The notes: generated by a model from the sequence alone, not told the origin. DNA of 64,000 bases from Bdellovibrio sp. (GCA_016185105.1 JACPOE010000012.1:8471-72470); one strand, 5' to 3'; shown: positions 1-10,323, counted from the stretch's first letter. Numbers and translations: made by a program.

Positions 1-1
1 T

Positions 2-1015
2 CTCGATCGAATGGAAGTCATCGAGCTGCCCGGTTACACACTTGAAGAAAAAGAGGACATCGCAACTCGTTATGTGATTCCTAGGGAACTCGAAGCGAAT
101 GGACTTAGTACATCGATTTTAAAAATCGAAAAACCCGCGCTCAGAAAAATGATGACCGATTACGCGCGGGAACCGGGCCTACGCTCCTTGCAAAAGCTGC
201 TGAATCGAATTGCTAGAAAAGCTGCCGCAAAGATTGTCAGCGAAGGGAAGAGTCTCGAGAAAGCAAAGAATGGCAGACACGTTAAAGTTTCTCCCATCTT
301 CATTGGAGAAGAAGATTTAACAGAGTGGTTAGGACCTAAACGCTATTACAACGAAATCGCCGAAAGAATGACTTCTCCGGGCGTTGTCGTAGGACTCGCT
401 TGGACTGCTCTTGGCGGAGATATTCTTTTTATTGAGGCGGCAGATACTCTTGGTGGTGGACAACTGAAGCTCACTGGAAAAATGGGCGATGTCATGACTG
501 AGAGTGCCGCCATTGCTTGGACTTATGTGAAAAAGAAAGGCTCCTCAGAAGGGCTCTTGGATAGGAAATGGCTCAGATCTAAAGATATTCATCTCCATAT
601 TCCGGCAGGCGCAATCCCTAAAGATGGACCCTCTGCAGGAATTACAATGGCTACAGCGCTCTATTCGCTTCTCAGCGGCCGAAAAGCGCGACACAAAACT
701 GCAATGACTGGCGAACTCTCTTTAGTGGGCAAGGTTTTGCCCGTTGGGGGGATTAAGGAAAAAGTCCTGGCGGCTCGACGGGCAGGAATCAATACCTTGA
801 TTCTTCCAAAGCTAAATCAAAAAGACATCTCTGAGGTCCCAGATTACGCACTCAAGGGTTTAACCATTCATTATGTCAGCCATGTGGAAGAGGTTTTTGA
901 TCTTGCTCTTCAATCAAATACAGCAGCTGCCAAAGTAGCAAAAAAAGCGAAGTCTAGCTCAACCGCGAAAGTTTCGGTTTCGAAACAAAGAGCTTATTCT
1001 GAGCTGACAAATTAA
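2..1015 (+). CDS. lon: Lon protease, C-terminal part (5' end outside window)
   Basis: LDRMEVIELPGY, GVVVGLAWT, IHLHIPAGAIPKDGPSAGI (catalytic Ser), PVGGIKEK (catalytic Lys); frame open to the window edge. Confidence 0.97.
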   Translation, partial: LDRMEVIELPGYTLEEKEDIATRYVIPRELEANGLSTSILKIEKPALRKMMTDYAREPGLRSLQKLLNRIARKAAAKIVSEGKSLEKAKNGRHVKVSPIFIGEEDLTEWLGPKRYYNEIAERMTSPGVVVGLAWTALGGDILFIEAADTLGGGQLKLTGKMGDVMTESAAIAWTYVKKKGSSEGLLDRKWLRSKDIHLHIPAGAIPKDGPSAGITMATALYSLLSGRKARHKTAMTGELSLVGKVLPVGGIKEKVLAARRAGINTLILPKLNQKDISEVPDYALKGLTIHYVSHVEEVFDLALQSNTAAAKVAKKAKSSSTAKVSVSKQRAYSELTN

Positions 1016-1188
1016 GAACCTGGCTTTGAGAGTTCTTTGACTTTCTTTTCAAGTCGAGTTGTTCGCTCGGAATAGATTTGGATCCACTTTGATACAGACA
1101 AAGAGGGTCCGTTTTTTTCTTTAATTAGATTAAAATAGTTGAGTCGCTTTTTACTCTGCTCTAATTCAAAGACGATAGTCTTTTGCAC
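1012..1188 (-). CDS. Small hypothetical protein, 58 aa (MQKTIVFELEQSKKRLNYF...KELSKPGS), below the ORF track cutoff
   Basis: GTG start preceded by GGGGAAG; fills the rpoZ-lon gap; stop overlaps the lon stop. Confidence 0.5.
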   Translation of the reverse strand: MQKTIVFELEQSKKRLNYFNLIKEKNGPSLSVSKWIQIYSERTTRLEKKVKELSKPGS

Positions 1189-1223
1189 GAGTTCTTCCCC
1201 TATTCGGTTTTCCCCTAAAAAGC

Positions 1224-1457
1224 TTAGTTAGACATGGGGGGTAGATCTTCATCTAACCCCAAGAAACTGTCCGGTGTAGCTGCTTTTACTCTGCCGGCTG
1301 CCACTTCACGCAGGGCAGTCACAATGATACGATTTTTGCTTTTAACCAAAGGATCTGCGCCTTTATACAGCTGTCGAGCACGTTTGGTTGCCAAATGAAC
1401 AAGCTCATACATGTTTTCGACATTCTTCAAACAATCTTCAATGGTAACGCGAGCCAT
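1224..1457 (-). CDS. rpoZ: RNA polymerase omega subunit
   Basis: [10 protein letters not shown]...[13 protein letters not shown]...[17 protein letters not shown] before the ATG at 1457. Confidence 0.96.
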   Translation of the reverse strand: MARVTIEDCLKNVENMYELVHLATKRARQLYKGADPLVKSKNRIIVTALREVAAGRVKAATPDSFLGLDEDLPPMSN

Positions 1458-1520
1458 GATCACTCCTTGGACAGCACTTGATTACTATACTCTGCTAACT
1501 ATCGAATCTCAGAAAAAGAG

Positions 1521-3458
1521 TCAAGGGAAACGCACAGCGGAGTCGGCATACATACTATCCAGCTCGGCTTTAAACTTTTGACCCACGACCCGACGTTTGA
1601 TTTTCAACGAAGGGGTCAGCTCGCCCGTCTCGACTGAAAAATCCTGGGGTAATATGACAAACTTTTTAATGCTCTCATACGAGGCCAGATGTTTATTCAC
1701 ATCGTCAACAATCCTCTGCACTAAAGAGATGATTTTTGGATTTTTAATTAACTCTACATACTCACTAAACAAAATTTGGTTGTCTTGAGCATATTTAATA
1801 ACTCCGTCTTTATCCAACGTCACCAAGGCTGTCAGGTAATTCCGTCGATCGCCATGAACAACAAACTGGCTAACGTACTTTTGAGATTTGGCAATGTTTT
1901 CGATTTTCTGAGGTGCCACATTTTTTCCACCGCTGGTAACGATCAGATCCTTTTTGCGATCTGTGATCTTCAGAGAGCCCTTCGAGTCTAAAGTCCCAAT
2001 GTCCCCGGTAGAAAACCATCCATCTTTAAGAACCTCGCTGGTCTCCTTTTCCATTTTGTAATAACCGGCAAAGACCTTCCTAGATTTACAAAGGACCTCG
2101 CCATCATCGCCGAGCTTGATACTGACTTCAGGCAATGGCTTCCCTACTCTTCCGAATTGACATTCTCGCGGAGTATTCACGGTAATAGGTCCACAGGTCT
2201 CAGTCAAACCGTAGCCTTCCAGAATCGAGATCCCAATAATTTGAAAAAACTCACCAATTTCCTGAGGCAAGGGAGCCCCCCCGCAGATCGCATAGCCTAA
2301 TCTTCCACCAAACCGGGCAGCAACTTTATGGAAAACTAGCCGTTTGGCAGTCTCATATTCCAGGCGACTGAGCAGAGTGGGAGTTTGTCCTGCCCAGACT
2401 TGAGAATAATAATTTCTGCCAGCCTTCATTGCCCAATGGAAAAGAGTCTTTTTCAGCGGAGAGCCAGCATCAACTGTAGCCAGAACTCGAGCAAAAGCTT
2501 TTTCAAAAATACGAGGAACCGAGAACAAGATTGTCGGCCTGACCTCACCCATGTTCGCTACTATTTTGTCGATATTTTCGGCAAAAATCTGTTTACAACC
2601 CAGAGCGTAGATAATCATCGACTCGACTTTACCGATGACATGGGAAAACGGCAGAAACGAGAGAAAAATCTGTTGTTCGGGCTGTGAGTCTAACTGCTGA
2701 ACAATTAGCCCTGCGTCCTCTAAAACGCTAACCATATTGTCTTGAGTAACAATGACCCCTTTAGGGACCCCAGTAGTACCCGATGTGTAACAAATAGTGA
2801 GAGGGTCACTAGGTTTGCTTGCCGACAAATTCTCATCAAACCGAGTAGGATTTCTGGCCTCTTCTCTTTTTCCCAGCTCATCGAGCGCCTGAAATGTCAA
2901 AACCATCTTGCCCAGGTCGCCAAAGTTTGCAGAGGCAAGCACAGCTGATGGCTCGAAAACCACAATTTTCTCCAGAGAGGGCATGCACTTTGGATTCGCC
3001 TGTCGGAGCTGTAAAAATTTCTGAACCTGTTTAGAATCCTCTGCAAAAATTACTCGAATCTCTGCGTGCTCGACAATGTATGCACTGTCTTCGGCCGTGC
3101 TGGATGCGTAGATTGGAACAGTGACCGCCCCCGCCCCTAGTATCGCCATATCAGATAGGGACCACTCAATTCGGGTATTGGAAATAATTCCAGCCCGATC
3201 GCCCGGTTTTAAACCGAGCCCCATCAGCCCGAATGAAACTAATCTACACTTTAAATAGAATTCACGGTAACTCCACTCCGTCCAGGCTCCAACTGACCCG
3301 AGCTCGGGATAAGTTGCCTTAAACTGGAATCCGATTTTTGAAGGAGTTGTTTTTACACGCTCTAGAAAGATTTTTGAAACTGTGTCTCGAATTATCGTCG
3401 TGGCTGCCAAGCTGGTATGAACGGTTTGCTCCGAAGATGTCTTTTCTGTGGATGTCAT
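1521..3458 (-). CDS. fadD: Long-chain fatty acid-CoA ligase (AMP-binding family)
   Basis: YTSGTTGVPKG, EGYGLTET, GWFSTGDIG, DRKKDLI, ELTPSLKIKR. Confidence 0.92.
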   Translation of the reverse strand: MTSTEKTSSEQTVHTSLAATTIIRDTVSKIFLERVKTTPSKIGFQFKATYPELGSVGAWTEWSYREFYLKCRLVSFGLMGLGLKPGDRAGIISNTRIEWSLSDMAILGAGAVTVPIYASSTAEDSAYIVEHAEIRVIFAEDSKQVQKFLQLRQANPKCMPSLEKIVVFEPSAVLASANFGDLGKMVLTFQALDELGKREEARNPTRFDENLSASKPSDPLTICYTSGTTGVPKGVIVTQDNMVSVLEDAGLIVQQLDSQPEQQIFLSFLPFSHVIGKVESMIIYALGCKQIFAENIDKIVANMGEVRPTILFSVPRIFEKAFARVLATVDAGSPLKKTLFHWAMKAGRNYYSQVWAGQTPTLLSRLEYETAKRLVFHKVAARFGGRLGYAICGGAPLPQEIGEFFQIIGISILEGYGLTETCGPITVNTPRECQFGRVGKPLPEVSIKLGDDGEVLCKSRKVFAGYYKMEKETSEVLKDGWFSTGDIGTLDSKGSLKITDRKKDLIVTSGGKNVAPQKIENIAKSQKYVSQFVVHGDRRNYLTALVTLDKDGVIKYAQDNQILFSEYVELIKNPKIISLVQRIVDDVNKHLASYESIKKFVILPQDFSVETGELTPSLKIKRRVVGQKFKAELDSMYADSAVRFP

Positions 3459-3499
3459 AACTCGATTAAACCTCTAATTTTTAAAAAAACAAATGAGTT

Positions 3500-3979
3500 T
3501 TACCTTTTTCGGGCTTGCTCCATTTCACGGTCCGCAGACTTCTTCTTCAAAGTCTCTCTTTTGTCAAATTTCTTCTTCCCCTTACCAACGCCGACTTCGA
3601 CCTTAACGCGACCCTTTTTGAAATACATTTTTGTGGGGACAAGAGTCATGCCTTTTTGAGTCACAGCAACATACAACCTCGACAGCTGGTGCGTATGGAG
3701 GAGTAGCTTCCGTTTCCTTAGAGACTCATGATTCCAAATATTCCCATGGGTGTAGGGGCCAATATGGGCATTCAATAGATAGGCTTCAAATTTTCCCGAT
3801 CGAGAACGAACCTCAATCCAAGCATCCTTTAGATTGGGACTTTGCGCCCGAATACTCTTCACCTCAGTCCCTTGAAGCATAATTCCAGCTTCAAGCACCT
3901 CTTGAATAAAATAGTTCGAATGAGCTGAAGGGTTGGTAGAGATCACCTTTTCGCCGCCCGAAGGACTTTCCTTGCTCAT
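3500..3979 (-). CDS. smpB: SsrA-binding protein
   Basis: EAGIMLQGTEVKSIR, RKRKLLLH, GKGKKKFDKRE; start refined to MSKES after GGAG. Confidence 0.96.
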   Translation of the reverse strand: MSKESPSGGEKVISTNPSAHSNYFIQEVLEAGIMLQGTEVKSIRAQSPNLKDAWIEVRSRSGKFEAYLLNAHIGPYTHGNIWNHESLRKRKLLLHTHQLSRLYVAVTQKGMTLVPTKMYFKKGRVKVEVGVGKGKKKFDKRETLKKKSADREMEQARKR

Positions 3980-3980
3980 T

Positions 3981-4637
3981 TTAATGACTCCTAGTGGCCA
4001 TATCCCCAGCTGAACCTGCGGGCTGGGCAATCCCTAGCGATAGGATGACTTTAAAAGCCTCTTCGACTCTCATGTTTGCATCTCTAACTTCACTCTCGGG
4101 CACCAATAGATAAAACCCGGAAGTAGGGTTAGGGGTGGTAGGGACATAAATATTGAGATGTCTCTCGCCCAATGGACTTGAATTGGCTGAGCCAGTTACA
4201 AAAGCTAAAGTCCACATCCCTTTTCTGGGATATTCAACATAGACCACCCGACTAAACTGCTGTCCCCCACCGGCGGCTAACGCCCTCAACAGCTGATCTA
4301 AGGAGGAATAGACACTTCTGATAACGGGAATTCTTTGGATAATTTCCCCTACCCACTCCAGTATTTTTCCGCCAAGGTACTGCTTGGATGCCCACCCTAA
4401 GAGTGAGACCGTAATGAGTGCTACAACGCAAAGCCCCAGCGTTGCTAAAACCCGAATTCCATACGAAACGGGGCCATTACCAAAAAAATTCTCAGGCTGT
4501 AGAGACTCTGGGAAAATCAGCTGAAGGAGGACAAGACTCTGCCAAAGAGTCATAAGGATCCACGCGATAACACCGAGTGGAATCACAACCAACATTCCCG
4601 CAAAAAAATGATCTTTTACAAAATGGATTTTTTTCAT
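3981..4637 (-). CDS. DUF502 family membrane protein
   Basis: Two N-terminal TM segments, IPVIRSVYS, VEYPRKG, VPTTPNPTSG. Confidence 0.9.
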   Translation of the reverse strand: MKKIHFVKDHFFAGMLVVIPLGVIAWILMTLWQSLVLLQLIFPESLQPENFFGNGPVSYGIRVLATLGLCVVALITVSLLGWASKQYLGGKILEWVGEIIQRIPVIRSVYSSLDQLLRALAAGGGQQFSRVVYVEYPRKGMWTLAFVTGSANSSPLGERHLNIYVPTTPNPTSGFYLLVPESEVRDANMRVEEAFKVILSLGIAQPAGSAGDMATRSH

Positions 4638-6023
4638 TTAGAACGCCACTGACAGGGATACCCCACCTCCGAGCAGATTTCCACCTACGTCATAACCGGG
4701 AGATCCAATCTTTTGATCTGTACTCACTCCAGCCTCGTTTCCGGCTGTTTTGGTCACTCGAAAGGCCGTCAAAAGCTGATATGTGAAGTTAAAATCAATA
4801 TTGAGAGGGTTTTCTAGGGTAAGAAAATGAGGAACTTTCAGACCCAGTCCAATGTTTGCTGCATGTGTAGCCGGGTCCAGATAGTTCCCAGCGCCATTTG
4901 GCACCCCCTCAATCATACTGGGGCGATAGTAATATCCTAATCGCAGAACGGTCGTGTCGGAAAAAGAAATCTCGACCCCGCCCCGAGGCACGACAATGTT
5001 GACATAGTTAAAGGCAGGAACAGAGCCTGAAGCAATCGAAAACGAGCCAGTTCCCACTGGCGTGGTCTGAGGTTGCGAAATCAGCATTGCAGGAGCTCTA
5101 AACTGGTTCCAAATCTGCCAATCCACTTGGCCCACCACCTTCAGCCAAGAAGTAGGGGTAACGGTTCCTCCAATTTCCAAGGCCATCGGATCGTAAAACA
5201 GGGCCGAAACAGCCATAAAATTAAAATCAACCCCAGGAAGAGGTCCAAAGACACGAGCCGAGGAGCTCAAGGAAAAATTATTATCTGATGCCACCGGAGT
5301 TCTAAAAACAGTCGCTAAGCTGAATGGCTTTTCTGGAGGAGCGTAATAGACTCCAAAAAAAGGCGCGAGTTTAGGTAACATACTGGCAGTGAATCGCATT
5401 GAAGACGCAGTATTTGCCTGGGTATTTAAGAAAACGGTTCCATTTCCAGTCAGAGTAAAAGCAGCATGCACACCGGCTCCCAGGTAAAGTCCTTTGCCAA
5501 GAGCGGCGCCGGCTCCGAACTCAACTTGAGGACGCTGTGTCCGCGCTCGGTATTGAAAATACTCAGGTACGTAAGCTTCCCCCGAATCCATATAAGCTAG
5601 CTGGTTAAAAGGGAGGAAGCTAATCAGGCCAATTGTAAAATTTCCGACCTCAGGGAAAAGACGATACGTAAATCCGAGTTCTTGTCCCACAGTTGGTTTG
5701 TAGGTCATGTCCACATTGCCAGTAGCTAGCCCGTCGGCAATGAATGTATTTTGTGTCACTACACTATTGATCGGAGTAAAAGTGGGCTGAACATAGACAA
5801 ATCCCCAGCTCGCTCTAAAACGAGGCCCCTCGTCAGCCGCGGCGGCAAGCGCAGCCGGATTATGATAGGCAACAGAGGGGCTCGAGCCAAGACTCCCACC
5901 TGCCCCTCCCAATGACATGGACCGAGAGCCGAATCCAAAGATGTCTCCGACATTGGCCAGTGCTAAATTGCTCAGGAAAATAAAAAAGAAGGTGAAAACC
6001 AGAAAAGAAGATCTGAACTGCAT
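4638..6023 (-). CDS. FadL/TodX-like outer membrane hydrophobic-compound channel
   Basis: Signal peptide; GFGSRSMSLGGA...YHNPAAL plug motif; LRLGYYY; C-terminal Phe. Confidence 0.75.
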   Translation of the reverse strand: MQFRSSFLVFTFFFIFLSNLALANVGDIFGFGSRSMSLGGAGGSLGSSPSVAYHNPAALAAAADEGPRFRASWGFVYVQPTFTPINSVVTQNTFIADGLATGNVDMTYKPTVGQELGFTYRLFPEVGNFTIGLISFLPFNQLAYMDSGEAYVPEYFQYRARTQRPQVEFGAGAALGKGLYLGAGVHAAFTLTGNGTVFLNTQANTASSMRFTASMLPKLAPFFGVYYAPPEKPFSLATVFRTPVASDNNFSLSSSARVFGPLPGVDFNFMAVSALFYDPMALEIGGTVTPTSWLKVVGQVDWQIWNQFRAPAMLISQPQTTPVGTGSFSIASGSVPAFNYVNIVVPRGGVEISFSDTTVLRLGYYYRPSMIEGVPNGAGNYLDPATHAANIGLGLKVPHFLTLENPLNIDFNFTYQLLTAFRVTKTAGNEAGVSTDQKIGSPGYDVGGNLLGGGVSLSVAF

Positions 6024-6057
6024 AATACCCCTCGAGCGCGTTCCTGGATCTGGGGTA

Positions 6058-6882
6058 TTAAGACTGTTTTATCACTGCCTTTACCGCCTGGAAAAGCTGA
6101 CTCCATTCAGTCCAGTCCAACGCTTCTGCCCGCTTCTTACCATCAACCCCGGATAGCGCCAAGGCGTTTTGCCAGGGGAAAGAGGATCGCAACATCTTTC
6201 GCCTATGGGCAAAAGCCGCTTTTAATACCTTTTCCCACAGGACTTCCTCGTCTATTTGTTTCCCTTCAACCTCAAACTCTGCATCACCGATTTCTATTCT
6301 ACTTTCAGATCGTCGATGCAATACGATCACCTCGGAAAGCACTTTTGGCGGAGGAGAAAAAGCCGACGGTTTTACCGTGATCAACTTTCGAACATCCCAG
6401 CGGTTTTGAATCCAAAGCGAAAGGCTCCCTCGATCAGGGGTAGATGGCTCAGCCCGAACCCGACGGGCTACCTCAGCTTGGAACATAAGAACCATGACCG
6501 GAATTCCTTGGAATCGTCGGGCCAGCTGAATAAGAATCTGTGTACCAGAGGAGTAAGGAAGATTTGAAACCACTGCTACAGGCGGCTTTTTCAGCCATTT
6601 TTCATCAGACAGCTCCAAAAAATCACTCGAGAAGACTTCAGAAGCTGCATTCGCGCGCCAGTGTTCGGCCAGGGCTCGATCTTTTTCGACGAGGATCAGT
6701 GGCGATCCATCGAGCATGTGAATTAAAGGCTCGGTAATTGCTCCTCTACCAGGTCCAATCTCCAAAAAAGATCCGCAGTGTGCTTTTTTTCCTTCTTCGA
6801 CTGCAGCACGAGCAATGGCCTCAGCAATCGAACGATCTTTTAGAAAGTGCTGGCCATAAGCACGTCGCCTACCTTCAGTCAT
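6058..6882 (-). CDS. rsmA: 16S rRNA m6,2A dimethyltransferase
   Basis: GQHFL, LEIGPGRG, VSNLPY, MFQAEVA, FSPPPKVLS, AFAHRRKML. Confidence 0.96.
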   Translation of the reverse strand: MTEGRRRAYGQHFLKDRSIAEAIARAAVEEGKKAHCGSFLEIGPGRGAITEPLIHMLDGSPLILVEKDRALAEHWRANAASEVFSSDFLELSDEKWLKKPPVAVVSNLPYSSGTQILIQLARRFQGIPVMVLMFQAEVARRVRAEPSTPDRGSLSLWIQNRWDVRKLITVKPSAFSPPPKVLSEVIVLHRRSESRIEIGDAEFEVEGKQIDEEVLWEKVLKAAFAHRRKMLRSSFPWQNALALSGVDGKKRAEALDWTEWSQLFQAVKAVIKQS

Positions 6883-7977
6883 TTACACCTCCGCACTAGC
6901 CAACGCATTTAAAGAAAGCATTTTCAAAGGCTCCAAGAAATTTCCTTGTCTGAATCGAAACGCTCCTGCTGCCGCGATCATCGCTGCATTATCAGTACAA
7001 TATTCCATTTGAGGAAAGACTGGGGGCCTCGCTAGCCCTTGTCTTTGCCATTCGGAAGCCAATCGAAAGCGAAGTCTGCTATTAGCAGCGACACCACCGA
7101 CAATGACCAAAGAGCGGCACTCATATTTCTGTACTGCTAAATATATCTTATTGAGAAGAGCGTCTACAATCGCTTCCTGAATGGAAGCGCAAAGATCGGG
7201 GATTTTTTCTTTTAGTTGGCCGGAGGATTTCAGCTCATCAACCTTCAGCGAAACCGCTGTTTTTAAACCACTGAAAGAAAAATCTAGAATCGATTTCTGC
7301 CCAAGCGCTCTCGGGAAATGGAAGGCATCCACTTTTCCTCCCTTGGAACTTTTGTCGATCCAAATCCCCCCGGGATACGGAAATCCAAGTTTTTTAGCCG
7401 TTTTATCGAAAGCTTCCCCCGCAGCATCATCTCTGGAACGACCCACAAGTGAGGATTTTAGAAAATCAGGCGTCCAAAACTGAGGCGATTTTTCAACCCG
7501 ATAGAGGTTGGTATGCCCGCCTGAAACAATAGCCAGCAATAACGGATACTCTAAATTTTCGGCTTCAGAGGAGCCCTCCGGCTGGGAGTCTGACTGATCG
7601 GTAAGAAAAACACTAACCGCATGACCTTCCAAGTGGTGGACGGGGACCAGGGGCTTGTTACAGGCGTATGCTAAGGCCTTCCCCGCACTCAACCCCACCA
7701 ACAGTGCTCCAACCAAACCAGGCCGATTGGTGACAGCGATACATTCAAGCTGCTTAGGCTTTACCTTGGCATCATCCAAAGCAGTCTGAATCATAAGATT
7801 AATTGTTTCGAGATGATTCCGCGAAGCCACCTCCGGAACCACCCCACCAAAGGGCTTATGAATTTCAGTTTGCGAAAACGTAGCTAGACTCAATACGCGG
7901 ACTCTGTCCTGACCCGGAATATGGGTCACCACCGATGCGCTACACTCGTCACAGGAAGTTTCAATTCCTAGAATCAT
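6883..7977 (-). CDS. tsaD: tRNA threonylcarbamoyltransferase
   Basis: ILGIETSCDE, GGVVPEVASRNH, HHLEGH, VSGGHT, DDAAGEAFDK, CTDNAAMI. Confidence 0.97.
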   Translation of the reverse strand: MILGIETSCDECSASVVTHIPGQDRVRVLSLATFSQTEIHKPFGGVVPEVASRNHLETINLMIQTALDDAKVKPKQLECIAVTNRPGLVGALLVGLSAGKALAYACNKPLVPVHHLEGHAVSVFLTDQSDSQPEGSSEAENLEYPLLLAIVSGGHTNLYRVEKSPQFWTPDFLKSSLVGRSRDDAAGEAFDKTAKKLGFPYPGGIWIDKSSKGGKVDAFHFPRALGQKSILDFSFSGLKTAVSLKVDELKSSGQLKEKIPDLCASIQEAIVDALLNKIYLAVQKYECRSLVIVGGVAANSRLRFRLASEWQRQGLARPPVFPQMEYCTDNAAMIAAAGAFRFRQGNFLEPLKMLSLNALASAEV

Positions 7978-8038
7978 ATCAATGCCACCACCTCTATCAT
8001 AGAACGACCTGCGTTACCTAGAATGAGGAAAATCTGGG

Positions 8039-9628
8039 TTAGTCTGATTCCGGATTGATATCACCTGCGGGACAAGTGATCATCTTTCTTTTTTCGGCGA
8101 TAAGTTCCAAATTGGGTTCGCCGCTGGGCTTGTACCAATTCGGCGCACGATCGAACGTGTGGCACTGAAGACAGGTCTCCTGCGCTACTGATTTAGTATA
8201 CCTACCCGAGAAAGGGTGCCCCCTACCTGCACGATGACAATTTTCGCACTGAACGGGAGCCCATGCATAAGTCATCATGGCTAACGAATCGCGTAGAGGA
8301 ACCTTCTCAGAGTCCTTTTCATGGAGCTTTATTTTCGACTTGAGAGAGCTGGCGCCCTTAAATTCCCGTAAGACAAAGGCTAATTGCTCGCCATCCAAGG
8401 TTTGCACCCTGGGACCAGAATCCTCTTCTTTTGCAGCCTGTGAAACCAAACTCAACTGATTCACGTCAGAATACCCGTCTTTATGACCGATCCCAACAGA
8501 ATGACACTGGAGGCATTCCTTATTCTTGACTTGTTTCTTCTCGAGCAAGGGCTCAAGAGCCTGAGAGTGGCGAGTCTTTCTCCAAAAATCGAATTGAACT
8601 AGGTGACATTGGGCACACTTCGGAAAAGTATGAAAATGGGTAATCTTTTCACCGGATGCCGCCGCCTTTTTCTCCTGCTCATCTAAGAGTGACAATTCTC
8701 TTTCAGAATTGATTTTGGCGATGGCTCCTTTGAAATCCAGGATCAGCTGGTCCATTTCAGACGGCGATCCCTGTGGTGAGTCATACCCGGCGTCCAATCC
8801 CTCGAGATTATATTTTTTAATATCGATTGGTTTCTTTAGAGAGAACACTCCGACATATTGATTTCGGAATGAAGACTCCACCAGAATAGTTTTTTCAAGT
8901 CTGTGGGGATCTTGCATGAAAGTCTGAGAATGAGCCGCGACAACGATGTCAATCCCCGGAGCTGCCTTAACCATTTTCTCATCCTTGGGAATGCCCTGAT
9001 GAGTGACAGCAATGAGGTAGTCTACTTTGGAACGTAAGAAGGCCACTTCTTTTTTTGCAGCATTGATAGAGGAGTCCGCTTTTAATTCAGCTGGCCATTT
9101 CAACCCCTCATCTACAATACCGAAAATCCCCACCTTGACAGTTTTGCCGCCTTCTTCTTTCCCCTCTAAAATAACGTGACCGGGTAAAAAGGGGTTTCCG
9201 TTCTTGAGAGTCAAGTTTGACGCCAAATATTTAAATTTCGCTTTCTTTCTCAATCGCTCAAAAACTTTGAAGCCCAATGCAAAATCCTTTTCGCCCGGAA
9301 CCGCTACATCCTGGCGAGTAAGATTCATAGCTTGGATCACATATGCTGCTTGAACTTCAGATTGAGCTTTCAGAAGCTCAGGAACAATTTGGGTAGGAAA
9401 AAGTGTGTCCCCAGAGTCGACTTGTATCACGAAGGGATCTTTCAGCCTTTTTACTAGGTTATACTTTCGTGCCATTCCCCCTTGGGGGTTCGAACGACAA
9501 CCACAGGGCTCTAGTTCTCCAAGCAAGTCGTTAGAATGAACCAGCGTTACTGCAAACCCGGTTGGGCAAGCGAACGCCAGCGTTAGAATTCCTAAGACCC
9601 AAACCCCCGTCCCCCTGAGTATTTTCAC
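8039..9628 (-). CDS. Exported fusion: 5'-nucleotidase/UshA-like metallophosphoesterase N-domain plus tetraheme cytochrome c (c554-like)
   Basis: Signal peptide; HSNDLLGELEPCGC, GGMARK, VDSGD, GEKDF, GIDIVVAAH; four CxxCH (CAQCH, CLQCH, CENCH, CLQCH). Confidence 0.8.
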   Translation of the reverse strand: MKILRGTGVWVLGILTLAFACPTGFAVTLVHSNDLLGELEPCGCRSNPQGGMARKYNLVKRLKDPFVIQVDSGDTLFPTQIVPELLKAQSEVQAAYVIQAMNLTRQDVAVPGEKDFALGFKVFERLRKKAKFKYLASNLTLKNGNPFLPGHVILEGKEEGGKTVKVGIFGIVDEGLKWPAELKADSSINAAKKEVAFLRSKVDYLIAVTHQGIPKDEKMVKAAPGIDIVVAAHSQTFMQDPHRLEKTILVESSFRNQYVGVFSLKKPIDIKKYNLEGLDAGYDSPQGSPSEMDQLILDFKGAIAKINSERELSLLDEQEKKAAASGEKITHFHTFPKCAQCHLVQFDFWRKTRHSQALEPLLEKKQVKNKECLQCHSVGIGHKDGYSDVNQLSLVSQAAKEEDSGPRVQTLDGEQLAFVLREFKGASSLKSKIKLHEKDSEKVPLRDSLAMMTYAWAPVQCENCHRAGRGHPFSGRYTKSVAQETCLQCHTFDRAPNWYKPSGEPNLELIAEKRKMITCPAGDINPESD

Positions 9629-10323
9629 CTAACTTTTTTCCTCACTTTTTTTGCTTCTGCGGACTTTGGGTATTTCTCGACTAACTCTTCGTAAAACCCT
9701 CGGGCATCATCGCGCAACCCTAACGCCTCGAAGGACTGCCCAATTTTCAATAATGCCTGAGGGGTCTTTGTCGAACGGTGGTACTTTTCAGGGAATTTAG
9801 AATAATCTACAATCGCTTTTTTATATTGTTTTAACTTAAAGTAGCTCTCTGCCCTTAGAAACGTTGCTTCTTCCGCACGCTGTGTTTTAGGTAACTTAAG
9901 ATAGTTGCTAAGAGTCTCGGCAGCAGCCTCATATTCTTCGTGCTCAAACTGCGTCTTAGCTTTACCGTAGATTTCATCTGGATCCAAAATAGCTGGGTGT
10001 TCAGCAAGTTTGGTCAAAGCGTCTGACATTTGATTTACTCTGTCAGCCAAAGCATTCAGCTTGTCCTCAATCTTCTTGGACTCCACTCCGTCTTTTTTAG
10101 CTCTTTCCAGGTCTTCAACTCTTCCGACCAGTCGCGTAAATTCGGCTTTAATTTCTTCTATGGCGTATTGGCCCTCGTTGCGAACTTCCGCGACAGGATG
10201 GGCTTTCATCGGCTTGGCTTCTTCCACCTCTTCGGGCCGGTCGTCTCGCAGCTGACTGCGTGTTTTCAAACATCCCGCGAAAAGGAACGGTACTAAGATC
10301 AAAAGCAAGTAAATGGTTCTCAT
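9625..10323 (-). CDS. Tol-Pal TPR lipoprotein, CpoB/YbgF-like
   Basis: Lipobox LFAGC, coiled coil, three TPRs ending KYPKSAEA; downstream of pal. Confidence 0.82.
   Translation of the reverse strand: MRTIYLLLILVPFLFAGCLKTRSQLRDDRPEEVEEAKPMKAHPVAEVRNEGQYAIEEIKAEFTRLVGRVEDLERAKKDGVESKKIEDKLNALADRVNQMSDALTKLAEHPAILDPDEIYGKAKTQFEHEEYEAAAETLSNYLKLPKTQRAEEATFLRAESYFKLKQYKKAIVDYSKFPEKYHRSTKTPQALLKIGQSFEALGLRDDARGFYEELVEKYPKSAEAKKVRKKVR

Noticed and set aside
8039..9628. Selenocysteine recoding in the UshA-like protein
   Set aside because: The CGC motif uses ordinary Cys codons and there is no in-frame TGA
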